Shown in pieces: positions 1-8,108 of a stretch of 64,000 bases of DNA (its first letter is position 1; every line of letters begins with the position of its first letter). This DNA is from Pseudomonadales bacterium (GTDB taxonomy: Bacteria > Pseudomonadota > Gammaproteobacteria > Pseudomonadales > Azotimanducaceae). The notes under the pieces are model-generated. The model was not told the origin of the DNA. It searched no databases and worked only from the letters and a program-made list of their open reading frames with translations. Location: contig CBDBPN010000004.1 in the NCBI GenBank assembly GCA_965208745.1, forward strand, positions 2,815,937 to 2,879,936. Direction: 5' to 3'. A program made the position numbers and the translations under genes.

Positions 1-148
1 CGAAACGGCCGTCCATGATGGTCAGCGTGACGCCGAGGACGGTCGCCCCGACCATGAGCAGGGTGGTAATCGTGGTGATGAACTGGTGCTTCATCCTACG
101 TGCCGAGCTGCGTGCCGAGCTGCGTGCCGAGTCGGGTTGGAGGGCCAT
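1..148 (-). CDS. Partial gene (first 49 codons, open at window edge) for a paralogue of the 469..909 membrane-anchored coiled-coil protein
   Basis: Minus-strand ATG at 146-148 with GAGG about 7 nt upstream. Translation MALQPDSARSSARSSARRMKHQFITTITTLLMVGATVLGVTLTIMDGRF matches the start of 469..909, apart from an in-frame 24-nt (2 x 12 nt) tandem expansion. Absent from the ORF track because it runs off the window. Confidence 0.5.
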   Translation of the reverse strand, partial: MALQPDSARSSARSSARRMKHQFITTITTLLMVGATVLGVTLTIMDGRF

Positions 149-320
149 GCTCGCACCTCGTCGCAGGTTTGTATGCAGGAAGAAGACGCCTGCTTTCCGG
201 GCGGATTTCCCACATGGTGGATGGAGAGAGTCTGTGCCCGCGCGGAGGTTCGAGTCAACGACACCATCGTAAGCCGTTTTGCCCGCCATGGAACCCGCAA
301 CGCCCAGGCGCAGGATCGGC
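1..320. repeat. Direct repeat copy A (partner 785..1083): duplicated 5' coding part plus ~170-bp upstream region of the coiled-coil gene
   Basis: Positions 1-250 align base for base with 785-1010 at roughly 90% identity by eye. Copy A has an extra 24 nt at ~101-124. Similarity decays to ~75% towards 320/1083. Confidence 0.8.
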
Positions 321-468
321 AACGTCCAACCGTCAAGCGGCGACTCGTCCGGAGGCGAGCAGTTGACGGCTCGAACTTGCAGGCCGAAACGTCGAGCCAT
401 GGGCCGAAGCGGACCCGTCCCCTGGGTCTGGCTACGGGCGGGGCGAAGCCACGGCAGCGTCCGCCGCC

Positions 469-909
469 TTATGCCGGGGCGTGGCGCTCGCGCTGGTCGT
501 CCCTCTCGTCGGAGCGTTGCGCCTCGCTGCGCGGTGGTCCGTGGACGCCCTGGATCAGTCCCTCCAGCCGACCGATGGCGGTCGCCATCGCGCGGAACTG
601 GTCGCGCATGTCGCGGAACTGGTCGTTCATCTCCCGGAACTGATCGTCCATCCGCGCTTCCATCCGCTCCACGCGGTCCTCGAGCCGGTCGATGCGTCCT
701 TCGACCCGCTCGAAACGCGTGTCCACTTGCGTGGCCATCTGCTCGAAGCGCGCGTCGACCTGCTCGAGACGCGCGTCGACTTGCTCGAAACGGCCGTCCA
801 TGATGGTCAGCGTGACGCCGAGGACGGTCGCCCCGACCATGAGCAGGGTGGTGATCGTGGTGATGAACTGGTGCTTCATCCTGCGTGCCGAGTCAGGTTG
901 GAGGGCCAT
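469..909 (-). CDS. Small membrane-anchored coiled-coil protein (146 aa), function unknown
   Basis: ATG at 907-909 with GAGG 7 nt upstream. One TM helix (ITTITTLLMVGATVLGVTLTI) followed by ~90 aa of heptad-like repeats (EQVDARL, EQVDARF, ERVEGRI, DDQFREM, NDQFRDM, RDQFRAM). The ORF-track start at 1050 adds an unsupported N-terminus. Confidence 0.55.
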   Translation of the reverse strand: MALQPDSARRMKHQFITTITTLLMVGATVLGVTLTIMDGRFEQVDARLEQVDARFEQMATQVDTRFERVEGRIDRLEDRVERMEARMDDQFREMNDQFRDMRDQFRAMATAIGRLEGLIQGVHGPPRSEAQRSDERDDQRERHAPA

Positions 910-1083
910 GCTCGCACCTCTTCGCAGGTCTGTATGCAGGAAGAAGACGCCTGCTTTCCCGGCGGATTTCCCACATGTCGGATGGAGAGAGTCTGTGCCC
1001 GCGCGGAGGCTCGAGTCAACGAGACCCTTCGTGAACCGCTCTTCTGCCATGGAATCCGCAACGCCTTGAAGGGCAGGATCGGC
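785..1083. repeat. Direct repeat copy B (partner 1..320)
   Basis: See copy A. It covers the first ~40 codons of 469..909 plus its upstream region. Confidence 0.8.
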
Positions 1084-1232
1084 TGCGCTCTAACATCAAG
1101 GCCCCACTCGCTCGCAGGCGAGCGGTTGACAGCTCAGATTCACATGCCGAATCATCCAGCGGTGGGCTCAAGCTTGGCTACGGACGAACCGTCCTTCCGG
1201 CAACATGAGCCAGAGGAGCCCGAGCCTCACCC

Positions 1233-2512
1233 GTGACTTCCGTTCTCACGAAGGACATTGGCGACATCGGCATCGATGATGTCCAGGCGCTGATCGACTC
1301 CCAGGTTCGCGAAGGTCAGGAGATCGAGTTCAAGGAGGGATCTCTCGACGAAGAAGCGCTCGTCCGATGCTTGGGGGAAAATCGACTTGGGGATGCTGCG
1401 AAGCAGACCGTCCTCAAGCAGGTGACCGCGTTCGCGAACGCATACGGCGGTGCCCTCCTGCTGGGGATCGCGGAGTCGGAGACGAAACCGAGAGTCGCGG
1501 AGCGGGTGTCACCGATTCCACGTTGCGCGGACTTGGCCGAGCGGCTCAAGGTGGTGGTGCGTGACGGTGTGGAGCCGCAAATCCCGACGGTAGAGGTAGC
1601 CGCCGTTGCGCTGCGGGACGACGAAGGCGTGGTCGTCCTGCGCGTTGGTGCCTCGCGCTTGGCCCCGCACCGGGTGAAGAGTACTCGCGTCTGCGCCGTG
1701 CGTAGGGACGACCGGACCGAGGAATTGACAATGCGCGAGATTCAGGACATGACCCTGAACGTGGCGCGGGGAATGGACCGGCTCGAGCGGCGGTTCAGTG
1801 ATCGCGCTGACCGATTCAACCGGGAGTTCACCCGGCTCCGTGTTCCGAGTGAGGCGTGGGGAGTCCGCGTCACGGCGGTCCCAGTCGGTCACGGCTTCAA
1901 GATAGAACGCCTCCATGGGAGGGACGGAGTGGACACGCGGTTCGTAGCGCCATGGCGGGGAGTGTCGCGTGGCAATACTGGGACGCGAGTCCCGCCTTAC
2001 GCCGTCCGAGACCCCCAATCACTGGAGACCGGTTCTGCGCGGAGCCCGGGCGACGTACTACTCGGACTTCGAGCAAGACCCACACTATGACTACTACCGC
2101 GAGATTCGATGCGACGGATTGGTAGAAGCGGGATTGGTGCACTGCGGCCTGGCATCTGAAGACGGAAGGCTGGACCTGTCAGAAGGTCTCCTGCTCGTTT
2201 TCCTCGCCAACGCGTTGACACAGGCGCACCGCGTCAGGGCGGAAGCTGGGGCGCCGACGGCGGAGTACGGGATCGATGTGCATTGGCTCGACTCAGGTGA
2301 GAGTTGTCAGCGGCGAAGACCGGGTGTTTGGGAGGAGCAAGACTCTGGGCGTGGACCGCGAACACCTCCCCCGTTACTCCCTTGGATCGGCAGACGAGAT
2401 TCCGTTCCTCCTCGGCGCGTGCTACCAGGACCTCTGGGACAGCCTCGGCGTGGCCGTGGACGCGGAGCAGTTCTCGATTCCAGGCTGGTCTCCAGGTGAA
2501 AACCGCCCGTAA
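1233..2512 (+). pseudogene. AlbA_2/Schlafen-like (divergent AAA, putative DNA-binding) protein gene disrupted by two apparent frameshifts
   Basis: GTG start at 1233. The N-terminus (EIEFKEGS ... VTAFANAYGGALLLGIAE) carries the AlbA_2-domain signature. Protein-like sequence continues in the next frame (ORF 1969..2499, RPVLRGARATYYSDFEQDPHYDYYREIRCDGLVEAG...). It then continues in the third frame (ORF 2276..2512, VVSGEDRVFGRSKTLGVDREHLPRYSLGSADEIPFLLGACYQDLW). The switches lie near ~1950-2040 and ~2290-2305. Confidence 0.5.
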
Positions 2513-2553
2513 CCCGCCCGCACTACGTCAACAGTCTTCCGGGTCTTGCGTGC

Positions 2554-2580
2554 TTGGCATGCGCCACGGTCGGCTATGAT
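2554..2580 (+). promoter_or_regulatory. Candidate sigma70 promoter for the defence operon (TTGGCA - 15 nt - TATGAT)
   Basis: -35-like TTGGCA at 2554-2559 and -10-like TATGAT at 2575-2580, 24 nt upstream of the ATG at 2604. The 15-nt spacer is shorter than optimal. Confidence 0.25.
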
Positions 2581-2603
2581 CGCGTCTCGAACGAACGCTT
2601 CCC

Positions 2604-5600
2604 ATGACAGCACCACTCATCTACAGCGCCTGCCGCCCCCGCCCCGACGTCCTCGCCGGCGCCATCGCCGAGGCTGACTTCGCGGCGGATCTGGCCGACG
2701 TCATCCGGGGCCGCGCAAACCCGGAGTACTCCGACCCCGCCCGTTTCTTCGCCAACACGTACCCCACCGAGGGTCTGAAGAACCTCCTCGCCAACGTCGC
2801 GGCCCGGCTGAGTGGCTCCGGAGGCTCTGCGGCAGCGATCTTCCGGCTGGATACCTCGTACGGAGGCGGCAAGACTCATGGCCTGATCGCCCTGGCCCAT
2901 GCCGCGCGTGGCTTGTCCGAGGTTTCGAACGTGGCCGAGTTCATCGACCCGGACCTCCTTCCCGACGGCCCGGTACGCGTCGCGGCGTTCGACGGCGAGA
3001 ACGCCGATCCCGCGAACGGTCGTGCCATGGGCGAAGGGAGCGACTCCATCCTCGCCTTCACACCCTGGGGCGAGATCGCATTCGCCTTGGCGGGCCCGGA
3101 GGGCTATGAGCGGGTCCGCAACAGCGACGAGAACCGTGTCTCTCCCGGTGCGGACACCTTGCGCGAACTCTTCGGCGGCGAGCCCACGCTGATCCTGCTC
3201 GACGAGTTGTCGGTGTACCTCCGCAAGGTCCGCCACCTCCAGGATGCGGGAAGCCAGTTGACGGCCTTCCTCACGAGCCTCTTCAAGGCCGTCGAGGGCA
3301 CACCCAACGCGGCCCTGGTCTACACGCTGGCGATCGGGCGCGACGGACTCGCGACGGACGCGTACTCGGAGGAGAACCAGTTCATCGCCGAGCGCATGGC
3401 GGAGGCGGAGAGCGTCTCGGCGCGCAAGGCCACCCTGCTGAATCCGACCGACGAAGACGAGTATCCACAGGTACTCCTCAGGCGCCTTTTCGAGCACGTC
3501 GACGAGGCGGGAGCCAACGCAGCCATAGAGACTTACCGCGGCCTTTGGCAGGCGAGCGGCCAGGCCATTGACGCGGACGCCCAACGCTCAGACACGGTGA
3601 CGAGATTTCGGTCGACGTACCCGTTCCACCCGGAAGTGCTCGATACGCTCACAGAAAAGGCGTTCACGCTCAGCGGGTTCCAGCGCATCCGCGGCATGCT
3701 CCGCCTGCTCGGCCGCACGGTCGCGCACCTCTGGTCGGAACGCCCGGGTGATGCCGCTGCCATCCACTTGCACCATGTCGACCTGGGGCAGGAGTCCATC
3801 CGCCAGGAAATCGTGACGCGCCTGGGGCAGTCCGCCTACGTCCCCGCCATCTCGAACGACATCGCGGGCGCTGCCGGCAACCCCGCCCTGGCCGAACGAC
3901 TGGACGGTGAACTGCACAAGGGCTTGCCTCCGTACGTGGGATACGTGGCCCGCACGGTGTTCATGCACACCCTGGCGTTCAACGAGCCCCTCAAGGGTGT
4001 GGTCCCTGAACGGCTACGTTACTCGCTGGTCGGGCCGGCGATGGACCTGTCCTTCATCGAAGAAGCGCGAAAGACGTTCGTCACAGAGTCTGCGTTCCTC
4101 GACGACCGGCCGGGTTCCCCGATGCGCTTCCTCGCGGAACCGAACCTCACCAAGCTCATCCAGACCGAAGAACAGAACGTCGACGTAGCGGATGCCCGCG
4201 CGTACCTCGACGACCGTATCCGCGAGATCTTCGTCGGGCCGACCTTCGACGCGGTTCGGTTTCCGGGCGGTCCGTTCGACGTGCCCGACGAGGTGGCGGA
4301 CGGCAAGCCAAAGCTCGTCGTGCTCGCGTACGACGGTGTCGCGATCGGTGGACTCGTGGACTCCGTTCCCGAACTCGTCGAGCGCATCTACGAGCGTAAG
4401 GGTTCCGAGGGCTCGGCGCTAAGGACGTTGCGGAACAACCTCGCGTTCGTGGCGGCGGACGAGACCCGCAAGGAAGACATGCGGCGAGCCACGCGACGTC
4501 GTCTTGCGCTACGCGAACTGAGGAAGCCGGAGCGTCTCGGCGAGTTGGCGGAGCACCAACAGGACAAGGTCCGCGAGCTTGAGCAGGGTTCCGAACACGC
4601 CCTCGCGGTAACCATCCAGCAGTGCTACCGCCACGTGTTCTACCCCTCGCGCAACCGCCTGCCGGAGAGTCGGGTCGATCTCGCCCACACGGTCATCGAC
4701 ATCCCTTCATCGTCGGACAAGCCGGGCGCGGGGCAGCAACAGGTCGTGCGCGTCCTGCAGGAACTCAGCAAGCTACGCCTGCCGGAAGACGAGCCGGATT
4801 CGCCGACCTACGTGCGCGACCGCACCCCGCTGCGCAAGGGCCAAATGACGACCCTCGAGTTGCGCGCCGAGTTCCGCCGCGATCCGGCGCTGCCCATGCT
4901 GGTCGGCGACGATGTCTTTATCCGCGGGATCCGAAACGGCGTCGAGGCCGGCGAGTACGTGTATCAGCGCGACACACTCCTCTATGGCCCTGGCGATCCG
5001 GGTGTCTCCATAGTCATTGACGCCCAGGCCCTCGTCCTGACCATGGCGTTCGCCCGCAACAACCGCGTCTGGCCACGTACGCCGGAGGTGCGGGAAGGGG
5101 GCGTGCCCCCCGAGACAAAGCCGACAGGGCCGACTCGCCCGTCCGGTCCGGATACGGGACGACCGACCGCGACGTCTGACGGTGCGTTTTCGGCGGAGGG
5201 AGTGCTCAAAGAAGCGTTGACCAAACTGTGGGAGGAGGCCCAGGGCCGCGGCGTCGAGGCGATCGGTCGCCTGCACATCCGCCTCTTCGAACCACGGGAC
5301 GCATTCCGGTTGCTCGGGGCGGTTGGCTCGGTGGCAGGAGCGACCAAGGCAGTCGCGTTCACCGGCGGTTACGAGACTCCCGACGGCGGATCGTTCGAGT
5401 TGGAGTTCCGGGGACCGGTCCCTGATGCCCAGCCCGTCAGGGAGTTCCTCGAGCCGCAGTTCCTGGCGGCGAGCGAGCGGAACCTCGATGCGGAGTTGGA
5501 GCTGACCTTCGCGAACGGGCTTCCCTTGGCTGGGGACGAGCCGCGAAAGCTCGCGGAGCGTCTGTCGCGCTTCGCCAGCGAGGCGGTGCACGTGACGGCT

Positions 5601-5615
5601 GAGGCGCTCGAGTGA
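2604..5615 (+). CDS. DUF499/COG1483-type P-loop ATPase (1003 aa), first gene of the RM-like defence operon
   Basis: The N-terminal motif FRLDTSYGGGKTHGLIALAH (P-loop GGGKTH) and the ~1000-aa size are typical of DUF499 proteins. It is followed in the operon by DUF1156 methylase and PLD-helicase genes. Confidence 0.75.
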   Translation: MTAPLIYSACRPRPDVLAGAIAEADFAADLADVIRGRANPEYSDPARFFANTYPTEGLKNLLANVAARLSGSGGSAAAIFRLDTSYGGGKTHGLIALAHAARGLSEVSNVAEFIDPDLLPDGPVRVAAFDGENADPANGRAMGEGSDSILAFTPWGEIAFALAGPEGYERVRNSDENRVSPGADTLRELFGGEPTLILLDELSVYLRKVRHLQDAGSQLTAFLTSLFKAVEGTPNAALVYTLAIGRDGLATDAYSEENQFIAERMAEAESVSARKATLLNPTDEDEYPQVLLRRLFEHVDEAGANAAIETYRGLWQASGQAIDADAQRSDTVTRFRSTYPFHPEVLDTLTEKAFTLSGFQRIRGMLRLLGRTVAHLWSERPGDAAAIHLHHVDLGQESIRQEIVTRLGQSAYVPAISNDIAGAAGNPALAERLDGELHKGLPPYVGYVARTVFMHTLAFNEPLKGVVPERLRYSLVGPAMDLSFIEEARKTFVTESAFLDDRPGSPMRFLAEPNLTKLIQTEEQNVDVADARAYLDDRIREIFVGPTFDAVRFPGGPFDVPDEVADGKPKLVVLAYDGVAIGGLVDSVPELVERIYERKGSEGSALRTLRNNLAFVAADETRKEDMRRATRRRLALRELRKPERLGELAEHQQDKVRELEQGSEHALAVTIQQCYRHVFYPSRNRLPESRVDLAHTVIDIPSSSDKPGAGQQQVVRVLQELSKLRLPEDEPDSPTYVRDRTPLRKGQMTTLELRAEFRRDPALPMLVGDDVFIRGIRNGVEAGEYVYQRDTLLYGPGDPGVSIVIDAQALVLTMAFARNNRVWPRTPEVREGGVPPETKPTGPTRPSGPDTGRPTATSDGAFSAEGVLKEALTKLWEEAQGRGVEAIGRLHIRLFEPRDAFRLLGAVGSVAGATKAVAFTGGYETPDGGSFELEFRGPVPDAQPVREFLEPQFLAASERNLDAELELTFANGLPLAGDEPRKLAERLSRFASEAVHVTAEALE

Positions 5616-6103
5616 TGGCGAGTTCGGAGCGGGTGGTGGACATCGAGGCCCCACAGTCCGCCCCGGAGTTCGAGTTGCGCGTGCGCGCCCATGGATTGGC
5701 GGGGCTGGAGTTCGAGGTCTGGCAGTTGCCGAGCAGAGCGACCCCGCATGTCATGCAGCCGGCGCGTGTCGCAGGGCTCAAGGGCCGCAACCTGCAACTC
5801 GTGGAGCATCGCGTCCTCAAACGCCTCGCCGCCGCGGGCATCGTGCCGAGCGCACGCGCCGACGGCGGCAAGCAAGGCTACAGATTGTCTGAAGACTTGG
5901 CGCTCAGCCTCGGGCTCCTGTTCCGGGTGCTAGCTCCCATGCGCAGCCGCGAGAACATGCGTGCCGTCGCCGAAGGCGTGGAAGCCATGGGGCGGGAAGA
6001 GGCGGCCTATTGGCTGGGGATGGCTATGCATCGGAAGAACCCGCGGCGTGTGTTGACGGCCCTGCGGGTGTTGTTGACGATGCCGAAACGGAAGCCGGCA
6101 TGA
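5615..6103 (+). CDS. Small protein (162 aa) in the position occupied by DUF3780 in DUF499/DUF1156 operons; function unknown
   Basis: The ATG at 5615 overlaps the upstream TGA (TGATG); a GTG at 5612 is an alternative start. Protein-like composition. The family assignment rests on operon position only, not on a recognised motif. Confidence 0.45.
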   Translation: MASSERVVDIEAPQSAPEFELRVRAHGLAGLEFEVWQLPSRATPHVMQPARVAGLKGRNLQLVEHRVLKRLAAAGIVPSARADGGKQGYRLSEDLALSLGLLFRVLAPMRSRENMRAVAEGVEAMGREEAAYWLGMAMHRKNPRRVLTALRVLLTMPKRKPA

Positions 6104-7320
6104 AGCTCGAGTCAGTCGAGATTCGGAGCTATAGGGGCATCGAGCACCTCACCCTCCCTCTGGATCCTCGGTTGACGGTGTTGCACGGGGCCAACGGGTG
6201 CGGCAAAACGAGCGTGCTGACCGCCACTGCCATGGCGCTGGGCGCCGCCCCAGACACCGATTACCGGCGGCTGGAGCTGGATCGTCGGGTCGGCAGCGCG
6301 GACCGGCCCGCGATTGCGGTGAAGGAAGCCTCTGAGAATGGGAAGCCGACAGGGACGCTATCCCTGTACATTCCCGAGTTCCGGATGCCGGCGGACATCG
6401 ACGGGCCCGTGAGGGTGCCCAAACCAAACCTGGGTCCGTGGGAGCGGGAGCTGTCGGACATGGCGTTGCCGCGCTGCCGGTTCTACGACATCGACAGGGC
6501 CGCGGCTTCCAGCTTGATCGGTCGGTCGGTAGGTTCCATCCCGGATTACGAGCAGTTGTTCGAGTGGTTCCACGCAAAGGAGTACGAGGAGCTCCGCCTG
6601 CAGCGGGAACAGGGGGCGGACGCGAGGCTTGGCTCGCTCGCCGCGGTCCGCGCCGCGATCTGCGGGATGCTTCACGATGTGTCGGACCCGCGCGTCGGCA
6701 TGTCCGACCCGCCACGGCTGGTCGTGTCCCGGCCAGACGAGCCGGTTATCGCCTTCGAGCAACTCAGCGACGGCTATCGCGGGGTACTCGCCCTCGCGGC
6801 CGACATCGGCCGGTACTTGGTGGAGGCGGACCTGGCTGGCGATTCCCCGAAGCCCCTTGAACGGGAGATCGTGGTTCTCATCGACGAGATCGAGCTGCAC
6901 CTCCACCCCGCGTGGCAGCAGCGCATTCTTGCGGACCTGATACGCACCTTCCCGAACGCGCAGTTCGTGCTGTCGACCCACAGTCCGCAAGTCCTGACCA
7001 CGGTGCATCCGAAACACATAGTCGAGCTTGCGGTGGAGGAAGGCCGCGTCGTTGCAGGCCCGCCGTCGGCACCGACATACGGTGCCGAGGCGGGGGCGGT
7101 CCTCGCAGGAGTGATGGGAGTAGAAAAACGGCCCCCCAACGAGTTTAGCGAGGGGTTGCGGCGTTACATGCGCCTCGTCAGCGATGACCAAGGGGAGACG
7201 CAGGAGGCGCGGAAGCTCCGAGACAGGCTGGACGAACTGTCGTATCACGACCCGGCCCTGCAGCGGGCCGATATGGAGATCAGGCGACGCAAGATGCTGC
7301 GAGACATGGACGAGTCGTGA
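6100..7320 (+). CDS. ABC/AAA_21-type ATPase, Septu PtuA-like (406 aa)
   Basis: The ATG at 6100 overlaps the upstream stop (ATGA). N-terminus MKLESVEIRSYRGIEHLTL. Walker A LHGANGCGKTSVLTA, Walker B and HLHP in VVLIDEIELHLHPAWQ, H-loop LSTHSPQVL. The ORF-track start at 6010 is rejected because it would overlap the previous gene by 94 nt. Confidence 0.75.
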   Translation: MKLESVEIRSYRGIEHLTLPLDPRLTVLHGANGCGKTSVLTATAMALGAAPDTDYRRLELDRRVGSADRPAIAVKEASENGKPTGTLSLYIPEFRMPADIDGPVRVPKPNLGPWERELSDMALPRCRFYDIDRAAASSLIGRSVGSIPDYEQLFEWFHAKEYEELRLQREQGADARLGSLAAVRAAICGMLHDVSDPRVGMSDPPRLVVSRPDEPVIAFEQLSDGYRGVLALAADIGRYLVEADLAGDSPKPLEREIVVLIDEIELHLHPAWQQRILADLIRTFPNAQFVLSTHSPQVLTTVHPKHIVELAVEEGRVVAGPPSAPTYGAEAGAVLAGVMGVEKRPPNEFSEGLRRYMRLVSDDQGETQEARKLRDRLDELSYHDPALQRADMEIRRRKMLRDMDES

Positions 7321-8090
7321 AGCGGATCCGAGCGTTGGAGGAGCCGACGCCGGGTCTTTCCGAGTACAGAGAGCTGGAGCAGGACTCTGCGACGTGGGAG
7401 GGATTCGGTTCGCACCGTGGGTCGTCGGATGCCAAACGGGAGTTGACCGACGCCCTTGCCGACATCCAGCACGGGCTGTGCGGCTACTGCGAGATCACTC
7501 TGCACCCGAGGGACCGCGAGATCGAACACGTCATTCCGCGGTCCGACACGGCGCGAAGCGGAGCCCGGAAAGCGCTCGACTACACAAACATGATCGCTAG
7601 CTGCAGGGGGAACGCGGGGATGCTGCGTCATCCAGACGTTAGTGGGGACACCTCCCGCTTTCGGTTCCCTATCAGAGCGCACCGGAGTTGCGGTCATGCG
7701 AAGGGCGACACGTCCGACGCGGTCTTTCTGGACCCGAGGGAGGTGCCGGACTCGCCGTCGCTGTTTCGAGTGGCGATTGACGGGGAGATCACAGCAGACG
7801 TCGATGCGTGCCGGTTGCAGCGCGTAGAGCCCGCCCGCGTCGAGCGCACCATCGAGATCCTAGGCCTTAATGTTCTGCGGCTCCGCGAAGCTCGAGCGGC
7901 ACGCTGGCAAGACCTGCAGGCGGAATGGGACCTGTACGAGGACGACTGGCGCAAGATTCGGGCTGCCGCCATTCGCGAGTTGCTGCCCGACGGAACTGAC
8001 AAGTTGCCACGGTTCTTCACCACGACGCGCAGCTTCTTCGGTGCGTTGGCCGAGGCCGTCCTCGACAAGGCGCATAGGTCATGGGTCTGA
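7317..8090 (+). CDS. HNH endonuclease of the TIGR02646 type, Septu PtuB-like (257 aa)
   Basis: The GTG at 7317 overlaps the upstream stop (GTGA). Motifs LCGYCE ... EIEHVIPRS ... YTNMIASC ... SCGHAKGD match the Cys-pair/HNH pattern of ATPase-associated HNH nucleases. Confidence 0.7.
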   Translation: MKRIRALEEPTPGLSEYRELEQDSATWEGFGSHRGSSDAKRELTDALADIQHGLCGYCEITLHPRDREIEHVIPRSDTARSGARKALDYTNMIASCRGNAGMLRHPDVSGDTSRFRFPIRAHRSCGHAKGDTSDAVFLDPREVPDSPSLFRVAIDGEITADVDACRLQRVEPARVERTIEILGLNVLRLREARAARWQDLQAEWDLYEDDWRKIRAAAIRELLPDGTDKLPRFFTTTRSFFGALAEAVLDKAHRSWV

Positions 8091-8108
8091 AGGACGGGGC
8101 GACGTAGC

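Noticed and set aside
481-1236. Plus-strand ORFs 481..1236, 279..803 and 692..1069 overlapping the coiled-coil gene region.
   Set aside because: They are mirror-frame products of the repetitive minus-strand coiled-coil gene and its duplicated upstream region. Their sequences are R/P/H-rich junk, and they would read through the duplication junction.
6010-6099. Upstream start (6010) for the ATPase gene, and similar extended track starts for carB (17261), greA (20266), infB (30515), truB (33090), acs (39441), dksA (47975), the enolase-like gene (54858), the Prs-like gene (56260) and the ABC-F gene (60115).
   Set aside because: The extensions overlap the preceding gene out of frame and are compositionally junk. 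Internal starts reproduce the conserved N-termini and usually give ATGA/TGATG coupling or a Shine-Dalgarno sequence.
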